A stretch of DNA of 64,000 nt from Methanobacteriota archaeon (GTDB lineage: Archaea; Thermoplasmatota; Poseidoniia; Poseidoniales; Poseidoniaceae), in contig PAAW01000025.1 of assembly GCA_002699515.1 (NCBI GenBank), forward strand, positions 29,000 to 92,999. The letters run 5' to 3'. The translations under genes and the position numbers were made by a program. The stretch's first letter is position 1; each line of letters starts with the position of its first letter. This document shows positions 18,405-29,149 of this stretch, one piece after another. A model generated the notes under the pieces. It did not search any database, was not told where the DNA came from, and saw only the letters and a program-made list of their open reading frames with translations.

Positions 18405-19162
18405 CAACTTCTACCTGTGATTTTTCTCCAAATCATTTTTATTGGATCATAGTAACGGTCAACAACTCTTTCTTTAAGTGGAATTATCGCATCATCAGTG
18501 ATATTTATCCCAGCAGGACAAACTTCAGTACAACATCTTGTAATATTACAATATTCTACACCAAAATTGTTTTTTATTTCTGGAATTCGATCTTCTTTGT
18601 CTAGTGGATGCATTTCAAATTGTGCTAATCTTACTAGGGTTCTAGGTCCTGCAAAATTTTCAAATAAGTCATGATCACGTAATACATGACAAGTATTCGA
18701 ACATAAAAAGCATTCAATACATTCTCTGAAATGTTGAACTCTATCAGCTTCTCTTTGATTAAATTCCCAATTTTTTTCCTCAGGCCCATTTATTGGTTTA
18801 ATTTTTTGAGCAACCTCATAATTCCATGATACGTCAGTCACAAGATCTTTGATTAATGGGAATGATTTCATTGGTCTAATTTCAATAGGTTTGTTTTCGG
18901 GTGTTTCTGCAACAACATCATTCATCCGAGTCATACACATTAATTTTGGTTTTCCATTAATCTCTGCAGAACAAGAGCCACATTTCCCTGCTTTACAATT
19001 CCAACGAACTGATAAATCAGGTTGCTGTTCGTGTTGAATTCGATGTACGCAATCAAGAACAACCATTCCCTCATCTAATTCAATTTCAAAATCCTCCATT
19101 GATGAATTTTCAGAATCACCTCTATGAATTCTAAATGATTGTTTTTTACCTTTAAGGGACAT
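18404..19162 (-). CDS. sdhB: succinate dehydrogenase/fumarate reductase iron-sulfur subunit
   Basis: 2Fe-2S CGSCSAEINGKPKLMC, 4Fe-4S CIECFLCSNTC and 3Fe-4S CCTEVCPAGI clusters. A 1-nt start/stop overlap (TAATG) with sdhA gives translational coupling. Confidence 0.9.
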   Translation of the reverse strand: MSLKGKKQSFRIHRGDSENSSMEDFEIELDEGMVVLDCVHRIQHEQQPDLSVRWNCKAGKCGSCSAEINGKPKLMCMTRMNDVVAETPENKPIEIRPMKSFPLIKDLVTDVSWNYEVAQKIKPINGPEEKNWEFNQREADRVQHFRECIECFLCSNTCHVLRDHDLFENFAGPRTLVRLAQFEMHPLDKEDRIPEIKNNFGVEYCNITRCCTEVCPAGINITDDAIIPLKERVVDRYYDPIKMIWRKITGRS

Positions 19163-21018
19163 TATTCATCACTTCCTTGTTCAGCAGCCCTTTCTGCTAT
19201 CATTGCCTTAACTTCTTTAATTGTCTCTTTTAAGTCATCTCTCATTTCTTCTTTTTCTTCTTGTTTGATTTTAACTTCTCCATCATCCATCCAAATAACA
19301 TTCAATGTTTGTCCCCAATAGTCGTCATCAGGAGTAGGGAAATCATCTCTCGTATGTCCACCTCTACTTTCTTCACGAGTTAAAGCAGCTAAAGTAGCAG
19401 CTTTGGAAACTATAATCATATTAATCAAATCTAGTGCTTGATGCCATCCAGAATTATATTTACGTGAAGTACCAGAAAATGTACTTTTTTGCCTTTCTTC
19501 AAACTCTTCTAATTTTGTTAATGCAGAAATCATTTCTTCTTTTGTACGAATAATTCCTACATTTTCTTGCATCATGTCTCTTAATTCATCATAAATTTTT
19601 CCAGGATTCTCTCCCTCTTTTTTCATTAATGGTGCTAGAATCTTATTTGCTGCTTTTTGAATTTCATTTTCATCAATTTTTGGTTGCTCTCTCTCTTTTG
19701 CATTTTCAGATGCAAATTCCCCTGCTCTTTTACCAAATACAATCAAGTCTGAAAGAGAATTACCTCCGAGCCTATTTGCCCCATGTAGGCCTGATGCAAC
19801 TTCTCCACATGCAAATAATCCAGGTACACAACTTTCTTGTGTTTTTGCATTAACTCTAATGCCTCCCATGACGTAATGTGCTGTTGGTCCTACTTCCATA
19901 GGTTCTTTAGAAATATCAACACCTGCTAACTCTTTAAATTGATGATGCATTGAGGGTAATTTCTTTAAAATTGCTTCTTCACCTCTGTGTGAGATATCTA
20001 AGAAAGCACCACCATGAGGTGAACCTCTTCCCGCCTTAACTTCAGAATTAATGGCTTTTGCAACAACATCTCTTGTTAATAATTCGGGAGGCCTTCTTAC
20101 TGTTGCTAATTTTCCAGACACTACTTCTTCAACCCATTGATTTGACTCTTCAATTGTTTCGGCATGATCACCTGCAAACATTTCTGGAACATAATTGAAC
20201 ATAAACCGTTCATTTTCTGAATTTAAAAGCCTTCCACCTTCTCCACGAACACCTTCTGTAACTAGAATTCCTCTAACTGATGGTGGCCAAACCATCCCAG
20301 TTGGATGAAATTGTACAAATTCCATATCTCTTAATTCAGCACCAGCTTTCAATGCCAATGCATGCCCATCTCCTGTATATTCCCATGACCCAGAACAAAC
20401 ACTCCAACATCTTGTAATTCCTCCAGTTGCAAGAATTATTGATTTAGCAGAGAATGAATGAATTTCTCCATCTACTCTATTGTATCCAATGCAACCAATA
20501 CATTCACCCTCATTATTTTTGAATAAATCAGTTACCGTATATTCCATGAAAATATCTATTCCAGAATGAATTCCTTTTTCTTGTAATGTTCTAATTATCT
20601 CTAAACCAGTAGAATCTCCAACATGAGCTAATCTTGGGAACGTATGTCCTCCAAAATTTCTTTGATTAATCAAATTAGTTTTGGTCCTGTCAAATACTGC
20701 TCCCCATTGTTCGAGTTCTCTAACACGTTCAGGTGCTTCTTTGGCATGGAACTCTGCCATTTTCCAATCTGCTAACCACTTGCTACCTTTCATAGTATCA
20801 TGGAAATGTACTTTCCAATTATCTCTAGGATCTGCATTTTGCAAAGCAGCAGCACAACCACCTTCGGCCATAACTGTATGTGCTTTACCGAGTAAAGATT
20901 TAGAAATTATTGCAGTTTTCACTCCACATCTTGCAGATTCTATTGCCGCTCTTAAACCAGCACCTCCAGCCCCAATAACAATTACATCAAATTCATGGTG
21001 TGTATATTCAATTGACAT
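19162..21018 (-). CDS. sdhA: succinate dehydrogenase/fumarate reductase flavoprotein subunit
   Basis: FAD-binding FDVIVIGAGGAGLRAA, the covalent-FAD His region and the C-terminal helical domain. 618 aa. Confidence 0.95.
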   Translation of the reverse strand: MSIEYTHHEFDVIVIGAGGAGLRAAIESARCGVKTAIISKSLLGKAHTVMAEGGCAAALQNADPRDNWKVHFHDTMKGSKWLADWKMAEFHAKEAPERVRELEQWGAVFDRTKTNLINQRNFGGHTFPRLAHVGDSTGLEIIRTLQEKGIHSGIDIFMEYTVTDLFKNNEGECIGCIGYNRVDGEIHSFSAKSIILATGGITRCWSVCSGSWEYTGDGHALALKAGAELRDMEFVQFHPTGMVWPPSVRGILVTEGVRGEGGRLLNSENERFMFNYVPEMFAGDHAETIEESNQWVEEVVSGKLATVRRPPELLTRDVVAKAINSEVKAGRGSPHGGAFLDISHRGEEAILKKLPSMHHQFKELAGVDISKEPMEVGPTAHYVMGGIRVNAKTQESCVPGLFACGEVASGLHGANRLGGNSLSDLIVFGKRAGEFASENAKEREQPKIDENEIQKAANKILAPLMKKEGENPGKIYDELRDMMQENVGIIRTKEEMISALTKLEEFEERQKSTFSGTSRKYNSGWHQALDLINMIIVSKAATLAALTREESRGGHTRDDFPTPDDDYWGQTLNVIWMDDGEVKIKQEEKEEMRDDLKETIKEVKAMIAERAAEQGSDE

Positions 21019-21027
21019 TTTTCTCCC

Positions 21028-21861
21028 TCATATTACAAATATTGCTACATCACTAAGATATCCTTTATTAACTGCTAAAACCCATAAGTCACCTAAGAAG
21101 ACAAATATGAGTGAGGACCAAAACCAAAATCCATGTGAACGATTAATAATACTGATTTTTCTAAACATTTCCCCTCTTAATTTACTAATTCCAGAAACCC
21201 ATCTATCAAGAACTCCTCCTGCTAAATGTCTTAATGCATGACATGATGTCACATACATTGTTAATAGAAATGCTTCAAAGGCCATAACTAGAGTTCCAAT
21301 AGAGATTCCAAAGCCATCATTAAAATGCATTGTATGAGTTACATCCCACCACTTGATCAAAAGAATAATTATTGCCGCATATAGGAAGTATCTATGTAAA
21401 TTATTAATTATAAATAACATTTTTTCTCCCTTATATCCTAATGATTTGTTAATCTGGGGTTCATCAACCCAGCAGGCTGCTGGGCTTGCGAAAAATGACC
21501 TATAATACACTCTTCGCATGTAATAACATGTACCTCTGAATCCGAATGGAATCCAAATAATTAGAATTGCAGCATTAATCCAATTTGGTGCAGTTTTAGC
21601 CCACTCATTTAGGTTAAATAATTCCCATTCTAGAATATTTGGAGAAAATAATGGAGAAACAACAGTATTTCCATTTAAGTGATATGAGATGTCTAAATCA
21701 TAAATAAATAATCTCCAAAATGTGTAAATTAATGTAATTGTTAATCCAATGCCCATGATTAACGGTTGACTCCACCAATTGTCAATACGATTTGTTTTAC
21801 CTAATCCATTGAGAACTGGAAGTTTGAAACCTTCGCCCATGAAAATTACCACCTCTCCCAC
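21028..21861 (-). CDS. probable SDH/FRD membrane anchor (single large cytochrome b-type subunit)
   Basis: About 5 TM helices with conserved His residues (HALRHL). It sits immediately upstream of sdhA and sdhB on the same strand, 9 nt from sdhA. The track start is GTG 21861; the internal ATG 21840 is a possible alternative. Confidence 0.45.
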   Translation of the reverse strand: MGEVVIFMGEGFKLPVLNGLGKTNRIDNWWSQPLIMGIGLTITLIYTFWRLFIYDLDISYHLNGNTVVSPLFSPNILEWELFNLNEWAKTAPNWINAAILIIWIPFGFRGTCYYMRRVYYRSFFASPAACWVDEPQINKSLGYKGEKMLFIINNLHRYFLYAAIIILLIKWWDVTHTMHFNDGFGISIGTLVMAFEAFLLTMYVTSCHALRHLAGGVLDRWVSGISKLRGEMFRKISIINRSHGFWFWSSLIFVFLGDLWVLAVNKGYLSDVAIFVI

Positions 21862-21918
21862 TACGGTGGGAATGAACTAGCGAGTAGGCTTGGGGTCTTA
21901 ATGACTATTCGTAAAAAG

Positions 21919-23568
21919 TTATGCAAGTTGTGTCCAATCAACTTCTTCTTCAGACATTTCAATTTCATCTACATCCATTTGTGCCAATTGTAATTTACCA
22001 CTTAATTCATCATTTACAGCATGCCAATAAGAATATGCTTCGATAACCCAAATACCTGACTCCCTTGTGCCATTTCCAGAGTTTTTGACTCCTCCGAAAG
22101 GTAAATGTGCTTCAGCACCAGTTGTTGAATTATTTATGCTTGTCATTCCTGCTTTAATTTCATTTTTGAATCTATAAGCTTCAAGTCTATCGTTCGTGTA
22201 AATTGCACTTGAAAGGCCATATGGAGAAGCATTAGCTAAATGCAAAGCATGATCAAAATCCTTTGCTTTTACAATAGTTACTGCAGGACCAAAAATTTCT
22301 TCATAGAAGCATTCCATTTCTTCGGTTACATCAACGTATACATGTGGCCACATGTAAACACCTTTAGAAGCATCTCCTTGGAATTTTTTAGGACTAGAAT
22401 CATTCGTAATCCTACCTTCTCCAAATAACTTCTTTGCACCGTCTTTTTCAACTATTTTCAAAGTATCAATGAAATCAGAAGCATATTTTTCTGAAAGCAT
22501 AGGTCCATAAATCACACCTTCATATTTAGAAGAATCTCCTATGGGTGTAGAAATTACTTTTTCCATGAATTTTTCCATAAAATCATCATAAATCTCTTCG
22601 TGAATTATTAAATTCCCTAAGCTAGTACAGCGTTGACCCGCAGTACCAAAACCAGCCCAATATGCACCTTGAACAGCATTTTCCATATCTGCTGAAGGCA
22701 TTACCACTAATGGGTTTTTTCCTCCAAGTTCTAAAGAACAAGAAACTAAATTCCTTCCACAAACCTCTCCAATTTTTTTACCAACTTCTGTACTTCCAGT
22801 GAAACTAATTTTGTTTATTTTTCCTTCATCAACTGCATCGATAATGTGCTGTCCCGCCCCACTTCCTTTTCCATGAACTAAATTTATCACTCCATTAGGT
22901 AAACCAGCTTGATGCATAATTCTAGCAAGTGCAAAAGACAATAACGGAGCATCTTGAGGTGATTTCCAAACACATGTGTTTCCACACATTATTGCTGGAA
23001 TCATTTTCCAAAAGGGAACTGCAGCAGGAAAATTACAAGCATTGATAATTCCACAAACTCCCAATGGTCTTCTATAGGTGAATAGTTCTTTATTAGGAAG
23101 TTCTGAATTTACTGTTTGTCCATAAAGTCTCCTTCCTTCCGATTGAAAAAATAAACAAGTATCTATTGCTTCTTGAACAGATCCTGCACTTTCTTTCAAT
23201 GTCTTACCTATTTCTCTAGTTTCTAATGCAACAATTGCATCTTTATGTTCCATTAACAATCTACCCATATTTCCAATAATTTGTCCTCTAGTTGGTGCTG
23301 GCGTGTTTGACCATTTCAAAAAAGCAGTTCTAGCTGCATCAATTGCCTCATTAACATCTTCTTTTGTCGATAGTGGAAAAACCCCTAAACAGTCATTTTT
23401 ATTTGCAGGATTCATACTTTTGAAAGTTTTTTCATCACTTGCAACTTTTAATTGACCATTTATGATGTTATATCCTTTTACACAAGGTAAATCGTTTTCA
23501 TTATCAGATTTCATAAAGTCTAAGCCGGTTTCAAGTACTGCGGGCATAGGTCCTCCGAAACAACTCAC
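21919..23568 (-). CDS. aldehyde dehydrogenase family protein
   Basis: ELGGKNPLVVM, EIFGPAVTIV and FTGSTEVGKKIGE motifs. 549 aa. Substrate specificity cannot be read from the sequence. Confidence 0.85.
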   Translation of the reverse strand: MSCFGGPMPAVLETGLDFMKSDNENDLPCVKGYNIINGQLKVASDEKTFKSMNPANKNDCLGVFPLSTKEDVNEAIDAARTAFLKWSNTPAPTRGQIIGNMGRLLMEHKDAIVALETREIGKTLKESAGSVQEAIDTCLFFQSEGRRLYGQTVNSELPNKELFTYRRPLGVCGIINACNFPAAVPFWKMIPAIMCGNTCVWKSPQDAPLLSFALARIMHQAGLPNGVINLVHGKGSGAGQHIIDAVDEGKINKISFTGSTEVGKKIGEVCGRNLVSCSLELGGKNPLVVMPSADMENAVQGAYWAGFGTAGQRCTSLGNLIIHEEIYDDFMEKFMEKVISTPIGDSSKYEGVIYGPMLSEKYASDFIDTLKIVEKDGAKKLFGEGRITNDSSPKKFQGDASKGVYMWPHVYVDVTEEMECFYEEIFGPAVTIVKAKDFDHALHLANASPYGLSSAIYTNDRLEAYRFKNEIKAGMTSINNSTTGAEAHLPFGGVKNSGNGTRESGIWVIEAYSYWHAVNDELSGKLQLAQMDVDEIEMSEEEVDWTQLA

Positions 23569-23623
23569 TATGATGAACTTGATGCACTTCAGGCATTAAG
23601 AAAACAGTGGGTTTAAGGATTCC

Positions 23624-23633
23624 CTAAATTTAA
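23624..23633 (+). promoter_or_regulatory. candidate TATA box (ctaaatttaa) for CDC48
   Basis: Lies ~25-33 nt upstream of ATG 23657, with a GGAGAG SD-like element at 23645-23650. Confidence 0.3.
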
Positions 23634-23656
23634 CGAGACATGTCGGAGAGAGTTGT

Positions 23657-25906
23657 ATGGCTGCTAAAGGTTCGGATACATTACAATTAAGAATTGCTAA
23701 AGCAATACCTAGTGATGTAGGTTTTGGAAGGGCAAGAATATCAAGTGATAATGAACTTGGATTAAAACCAGGAGATATTATAGAGATTAAAGGAGAAAAT
23801 GGATTAACAGCAGCAACATATTGGAGAAGTCGGCCAGAAGATAGTAAAATGGACATCGTAAGAATTGATGGAATTATTAGGAAAAATGCAGGAGTATCAT
23901 TAGGAGACAAGGTAGAAATAAGAAAAGTAGAAGTTGTGCCTTGTAAAAAGTTAGTATTATCTCCCGTGATGGTAAATAAGCCAAATAAAAAACCCTCTGC
24001 AATGCAATTTGGACCAAATATAGAGGGCTTTGCTAGAAGAGGTTTGAATAAAAGACCTATTGTTGCAGGAGATAGAATCTTTATCCCAGGAATTACATTA
24101 TTTGCTGAAACATTACCTTTTGCAGTGAGATCTACAACACCCAAAGGGATAGTACAAGTGTTACCAGAAACTGAAATAGTAATCAAAGAAGAACAATTTG
24201 ATGAGGAATCCTCGGCAGATTCGGAAGGGATTACTTACGAAGATATTGGAGGTATTGGTAATCAATTACAAAAAGTACGAGAGATGATTGAACTCCCCTT
24301 AAAGCATCCAGAGTTATTTCGAAGATTAGGAATAAGCCCACCTAAGGGGGTATTATTACACGGCCCTCCAGGGACAGGAAAAACAATGATTGCAAAAGCG
24401 GTTGCAACAGAAACAAATGCACATTTCAAATCAATCAATGGTCCTGAAATAATTAGTAAATATTATGGTGAATCTGAAAAACAACTTAGAGAAATATTTG
24501 ATGATGCTGCTGAAAATTCACCAGCAATTGTATTTATAGATGAATTAGATAGTATAGCCCCAAAACGTGAAGATGTTACAGGTGAAGTTGAAAGAAGAGT
24601 CGTGGCTCAATTGTTAACTTTAATGGATGGAATGCAAGGACGGGATAATGTTGTTGTTATTGGTGCAACTAATAGAAGAGATGCAATAGATCCTGCACTA
24701 AGAAGGCCTGGAAGATTTGATAGAGAAATTGAAGTAGGAGTTCCAGATAGAAATGGTCGGGCTGAAATTGTAGATGTACATACAAGAGGAATGCCATTAA
24801 GTGATGATTTTGACATAGAATGGATTTTAGAAAATACTTATGGTTTTGTAGGTGCAGATGTTTCAGCATTAGTTAGAGAAGCCGCAATGAAGGCATTAAG
24901 AAGATATCTTCCAGAAATTGATTTAGATGCAGAAGTTATTCCGCCCGAAGTTTTAGAAAAAATGGAAGTGATAATGGAAGATTTCAAGTTAGCTATTAGA
25001 GAAGTTGAACCTAGTGCACTTCGTGAAATTTATGTTGAAGTACCAGAAACAGGATGGGATCAAGTTGGTGGTTTAGATGAAATTAAAAATAGGTTAAAGG
25101 AAAGTGTGGAATGGCCTTTAACAAAACCAGAATTGTTTGAACATTTTGGAATTAAACCCCCTAGAGGGATTGTATTATTTGGAGCACCTGGGACTGGAAA
25201 AACATTATTGGCTAAAGCAATAGCAAATGAAGCCAAGGCAAATTTTATTTCTATTAAAGGACCTGAAATGATTAGTAAATGGGTAGGAGAATCAGAACGG
25301 GGAATTAGAGAGATTTTTAAGAAAGCAAAACAGGCATCACCATCCATAATTTTCTTAGATGAATTTGAAAGTATTGCTAATGCAAGGTCTTCTTCAGGGA
25401 TGGATGGAGGAAGTTCTCAATCTGGAAATAGAGTTGTAAACCAATTATTAGCAAGCATGGATGGTATTGAATCTTTAGATGGAGTAATTGTTGTTGCAGC
25501 AACGAATAGGCCTGAGATGATAGATCCTGCATTAATTCGTAGTGGTAGGTTCGAAAGAGTGTTACATGTTCCACCTCCAGATTCAAAAGCAATTAAGGAG
25601 ATATTCTCGATTCATACACAGGGTATGCCTTTAGGAAAGTTCAATTTGTCAGATATTTCAAAGAAAATGAGTGGATATACGGGAGCAGATGTAGAATCTG
25701 TATGTAGGGAAGCAGCCCTAACTGCTATGAGGGAATCTAAGAAAACTGTTACAAAGAAACATTTTGAAACAGCATTGGGTATGGTAAGGCCTACTGTTAA
25801 TGATGACATGTTAGAATATTATAAGAAAATGGAATCTTTACTAGTTAGTGGATTATCCACAGTTCGTAGAGGAAAGGATACTCAAAGAGGTATGGAATCA
25901 GTCTGA
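23657..25906 (+). CDS. cdc48: CDC48/VCP-like AAA+ ATPase (two AAA domains)
   Basis: N-domain followed by D1 and D2, each with Walker A ([22 protein letters not shown]) and Walker B ([16 protein letters not shown]), plus second-region-of-homology Arg residues. Confidence 0.9.
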   Translation: MAAKGSDTLQLRIAKAIPSDVGFGRARISSDNELGLKPGDIIEIKGENGLTAATYWRSRPEDSKMDIVRIDGIIRKNAGVSLGDKVEIRKVEVVPCKKLVLSPVMVNKPNKKPSAMQFGPNIEGFARRGLNKRPIVAGDRIFIPGITLFAETLPFAVRSTTPKGIVQVLPETEIVIKEEQFDEESSADSEGITYEDIGGIGNQLQKVREMIELPLKHPELFRRLGISPPKGVLLHGPPGTGKTMIAKAVATETNAHFKSINGPEIISKYYGESEKQLREIFDDAAENSPAIVFIDELDSIAPKREDVTGEVERRVVAQLLTLMDGMQGRDNVVVIGATNRRDAIDPALRRPGRFDREIEVGVPDRNGRAEIVDVHTRGMPLSDDFDIEWILENTYGFVGADVSALVREAAMKALRRYLPEIDLDAEVIPPEVLEKMEVIMEDFKLAIREVEPSALREIYVEVPETGWDQVGGLDEIKNRLKESVEWPLTKPELFEHFGIKPPRGIVLFGAPGTGKTLLAKAIANEAKANFISIKGPEMISKWVGESERGIREIFKKAKQASPSIIFLDEFESIANARSSSGMDGGSSQSGNRVVNQLLASMDGIESLDGVIVVAATNRPEMIDPALIRSGRFERVLHVPPPDSKAIKEIFSIHTQGMPLGKFNLSDISKKMSGYTGADVESVCREAALTAMRESKKTVTKKHFETALGMVRPTVNDDMLEYYKKMESLLVSGLSTVRRGKDTQRGMESV

Positions 25907-25938
25907 GGTGAGATAAATTAGCATTACTGTTTTTGGAT

Positions 25939-26162
25939 ATGAAATTGTAGGTAGAGATGTTTACGATAGAGGTGAAGAATTATTGGGAAATGTTACAGAA
26001 GTACATATTAATTATAGTAATGGAAATGTGGAGTTTATTTGTGTAAAATTGGCAAATGGTATTAATTCAGACAAATTACCTTGGAATGTAATGGATGATG
26101 TTGTACAGGTTCCTCCAAGTGAAATAGATAGGATAGAAGGCTCAATTTATCTAAGAAGATAG
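25939..26162 (+). pseudogene. PRC-barrel-like small protein gene with a 1-nt frame disruption at the start (frameshift or sequencing error)
   Basis: The frame 25938-26162 encodes ..IVGRDVYDRGEELLGNVTEVHINYSNGNVEFICVKLANG.., a PRC-barrel-like pattern. It has no in-frame ATG/GTG/TTG until TTG 25983. ATG 25939 is in the -1 frame and hits TAG after 3 codons. Restoring one A in the run 25942-25944 gives MKIVGRDVYD... Confidence 0.4.
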
Positions 26163-26229
26163 TCTAATCACGACCCAGTAAGCGTATTAAGGCAGTCAAT
26201 ACCGTCGCTCCGTTAGCGCTTGTCGCTGG

Positions 26230-27879
26230 GTGTTAGTGTTGGCCAAAAAGAAATTTAGAAAAATTCAACGCCGTGCCCTTATTTCTAGTTTTTATGTGGC
26301 GTTATTATTTCTTGTGTGGCTTTTACTTTCAAGTTATATTAATTTAGGAAATACAAAACAATTATCTGCATATGATGATGATTGGGATGATATTTCAGAT
26401 TTTAGAAAAGAGGTCTCTAATTTAGGTATTGATACTAAAAGTTTAGTTTCAAGTCCATTGTTGTTAAATGAAATTGAGAATCCTACGAATATTACATTTG
26501 TAATTAGTGGGGTCGAGAAAGACACATTTTCATTACCTTCTATAGGTTCAGATTCAGGGTTAATTAGTTTCAGTGAACCAGAAGGTTACAGTGGTTCTGA
26601 AATTTCCGCAATTACTAGTTTTGTAACTAGGGGTGGAACTGTAATTGTTTTAGATGATTTTGGTTATTCTGGCGGAATTGCTGACGAAGTAGGAATTAGT
26701 TATAGTAACCATAGATTATATGATGATGAATATGCTGTAGAATTAGATTATAATTATGTGTGGATGAATATAAGTCAAAATCATACAGATTGGGATGACT
26801 CAGAACAATTTCATATCGGGCATTCAAGATGGCACCAGGGAACAGATCCAACAGGCACTGGGATGCACCCTTGTTCTAGATGGTCTGAAAGTGAAATAAT
26901 TTTTGCTACCAAAGAAGAAGCAGGTTTGTGTGCTCACCATTATAATTCAACAAGTAAAATGATTGATTATAGTCCAGATTATAATTTATTATTAAATGCT
27001 CCTTCGGCCTTTGAATCAATTGAGTTTTCAGGTGATTTCTCATATTATGAAGCAGTAGGACGTTCAAGCCCCCAATCATATTTAGATTTAAATGATGATG
27101 GAAAGGTAACTCTTGAAACGGAAACAGCACAATCAGAAGCAGATGCCCAAGGTCCATTTGATGTTTATATTGAAACATGTGATTCGTCAGATTGTGCAGA
27201 TTCCCGAGGAGGTAGAATTTATTTTATCAGTGACGGGAGTGTATTGATTAATGCAATTTATAATTTTGATTCTGCCAATTCAGGAGAATATGATGAGGAT
27301 GGGAAATCTATTGCAAATATACCTGAAAATGATAATAGGAAATGGGTTTTAGATGTAATTGCTGAATCCGCATTAACTGCAAATAATTTTACAAATAAAG
27401 ATGCAATTTTTGCAAGTGGAGATGCTATGGTGATTTTTGATGAAAGTAGACATAGTCAAAATGTATTATTTACAGATGCATATAATTTAATTTACTTTTT
27501 ATTAGTATATTTGACGGGAGACGGAATTGGTATGTTATTACTATTTATTTTATTGTTTTTAGCATTTGAAGCAGTTTTGATTAAAAAAACAGATCCCGAA
27601 CCATGGAGGCATATTTTTAACATAATATATTATGGATTTGGTGACGCAAAAAGATATGGGTATTATACAAGAACTAATAAAATAAAGCAAGTCTTTTTAT
27701 CAAGAGTTAGAAATCTAAATGCATTGTCAAGGGAAGAATTTGATAGAATGCCAGCTCAACAATTACAAGAATTAATACAAGACCCTCAATTAATCAAATT
27801 TGTTTTTGAGAATAAGAAATATGATTTAGAACAAACAGTTGCGATAGTTAAACGAATTAAAGCGTGGCAAAAGAGTTGA
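26230..27879 (+). CDS. membrane-anchored extracytoplasmic protein, hypothetical (possibly DUF4350-like partner of DUF58)
   Basis: N-terminal TM helix, a ~400-aa hydrophilic sequon-rich domain and a C-terminal TM region. Its stop overlaps the start of the DUF58 gene by 16 nt. Confidence 0.45.
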   Translation: MLVLAKKKFRKIQRRALISSFYVALLFLVWLLLSSYINLGNTKQLSAYDDDWDDISDFRKEVSNLGIDTKSLVSSPLLLNEIENPTNITFVISGVEKDTFSLPSIGSDSGLISFSEPEGYSGSEISAITSFVTRGGTVIVLDDFGYSGGIADEVGISYSNHRLYDDEYAVELDYNYVWMNISQNHTDWDDSEQFHIGHSRWHQGTDPTGTGMHPCSRWSESEIIFATKEEAGLCAHHYNSTSKMIDYSPDYNLLLNAPSAFESIEFSGDFSYYEAVGRSSPQSYLDLNDDGKVTLETETAQSEADAQGPFDVYIETCDSSDCADSRGGRIYFISDGSVLINAIYNFDSANSGEYDEDGKSIANIPENDNRKWVLDVIAESALTANNFTNKDAIFASGDAMVIFDESRHSQNVLFTDAYNLIYFLLVYLTGDGIGMLLLFILLFLAFEAVLIKKTDPEPWRHIFNIIYYGFGDAKRYGYYTRTNKIKQVFLSRVRNLNALSREEFDRMPAQQLQELIQDPQLIKFVFENKKYDLEQTVAIVKRIKAWQKS

Positions 27880-29138
27880 TAGAGATGTGGACAAGGAAAG
27901 CAGCATTTAGCATTACTGGAGGTATTTCTCTTGTATTAATCGGAATGATGATTTCTAATTTTCAGTTAATGGTAATAGGATTAACATTTGTTGCATTTAC
28001 AGTATTAAATGGATGGATTAAAGGGCATGGAAATGTTGAAGTTCAAAGAATTCTATCTGCAGATAATTTGTATAAAGGTGATGACTTATTTGTAGAATTA
28101 AGAATTACTAATCGTTCTATGAGGCGTACACAGCAATTAGAAATTTATGATAATGTGCCACATGAGATGAAGTTAAGAAGTGGTTTAAATTACATGAGAG
28201 TTAATTTAGGTCCAGGACAGAGTACAAGGATAAGATATTCATTGAGATGTCCATTAAGAGGACACTATTCAATAGGTCCAATCAGTATTCGATTTAGGAA
28301 TACATTCAATTTATTTGCACAAGAAATGTTTGTTAGTCATCATAGTGACTTAATTGTATTTCCACAAGTTAAAGATGTCGAAGAGGCATTTATACGTAGT
28401 AGAACTCCTAAAATGTATACAGGTGCTTCAACATTAAGAACTCCAGGTCCAGGTTCTGAATTTTATAGTCTTAGGGAATATGTGACAGGAGATCCGTTCA
28501 AAAATATTAACTGGAAGGCTTTTGCTAGAACTGGAGAACTAATGGTAAATGAAAAGTGTCGTGATGCTGTAACAGACCTATTTATAATCTTAGATAGTAG
28601 AGATATTAGTAGAATTGGAACGGTTCTAAAGAATCCACTTGAAATGGGGGCAGTTGCTGCAGCATCTTTAGCAGCATTCTTCATCAAAAGAAGAGATAGT
28701 GTTGCTCTTGCAATTTATGATGATGGAGTCTCATATCTTCCTGCAGATACAGGAGATAAACAATATTTCAAAATTCTTAGCAGTTTAGCTGGAGTAGTAC
28801 CTAAAGGAAAAATGCCTCTTCAGGCGGTTACAAACTCACTTGCACCGAGATTTAGTAGAGGTTCCCCCGTGTTTATTATTAGTAGTATTGAGGGAGATGG
28901 AACAGTCCCTAATGCAGTACGTGATTTAGTTGGAAGAGGCCATGAGGTTACTATATTATCTCCTTCAAGTCTTGACTTTGAAAGATTGGTAAGTAGAATA
29001 CCTCGAATGAGTTATGAAGTTTTAAAACTTGAAAGACAAAATAGGTTAACAGGCTTAGCAGGTTTTGGAGCATCCGTAATTGATTGGATGCCAGATGTAG
29101 AATTATCACAAGCATTATTGCAGGTGAAGGATATTTGA
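27864..29138 (+). CDS. DUF58-family protein (vWA-like fold; typical MoxR ATPase partner)
   Basis: Two N-terminal TM helices, then SLREYVTGDPFKNINWKAFARTGELMVNE, matching the DUF58 signature (REY.pGDd.r.IdWKasAR.g.l.v.e). A vWA-like C-terminal half follows. Confidence 0.7.
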   Translation: MAKELIEMWTRKAAFSITGGISLVLIGMMISNFQLMVIGLTFVAFTVLNGWIKGHGNVEVQRILSADNLYKGDDLFVELRITNRSMRRTQQLEIYDNVPHEMKLRSGLNYMRVNLGPGQSTRIRYSLRCPLRGHYSIGPISIRFRNTFNLFAQEMFVSHHSDLIVFPQVKDVEEAFIRSRTPKMYTGASTLRTPGPGSEFYSLREYVTGDPFKNINWKAFARTGELMVNEKCRDAVTDLFIILDSRDISRIGTVLKNPLEMGAVAAASLAAFFIKRRDSVALAIYDDGVSYLPADTGDKQYFKILSSLAGVVPKGKMPLQAVTNSLAPRFSRGSPVFIISSIEGDGTVPNAVRDLVGRGHEVTILSPSSLDFERLVSRIPRMSYEVLKLERQNRLTGLAGFGASVIDWMPDVELSQALLQVKDI

Positions 29139-29149
29139 GGTGAGAAATA

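Noticed and set aside
23657-29138. CDC48 acting as the AAA+ partner of the DUF58 operon in place of MoxR
   Set aside because: CDC48 is a double-ring housekeeping unfoldase with its own N-domain and divergent promoter context. DUF58 partners are single-domain MoxR (AAA_3) ATPases. Adjacency is most simply coincidental.
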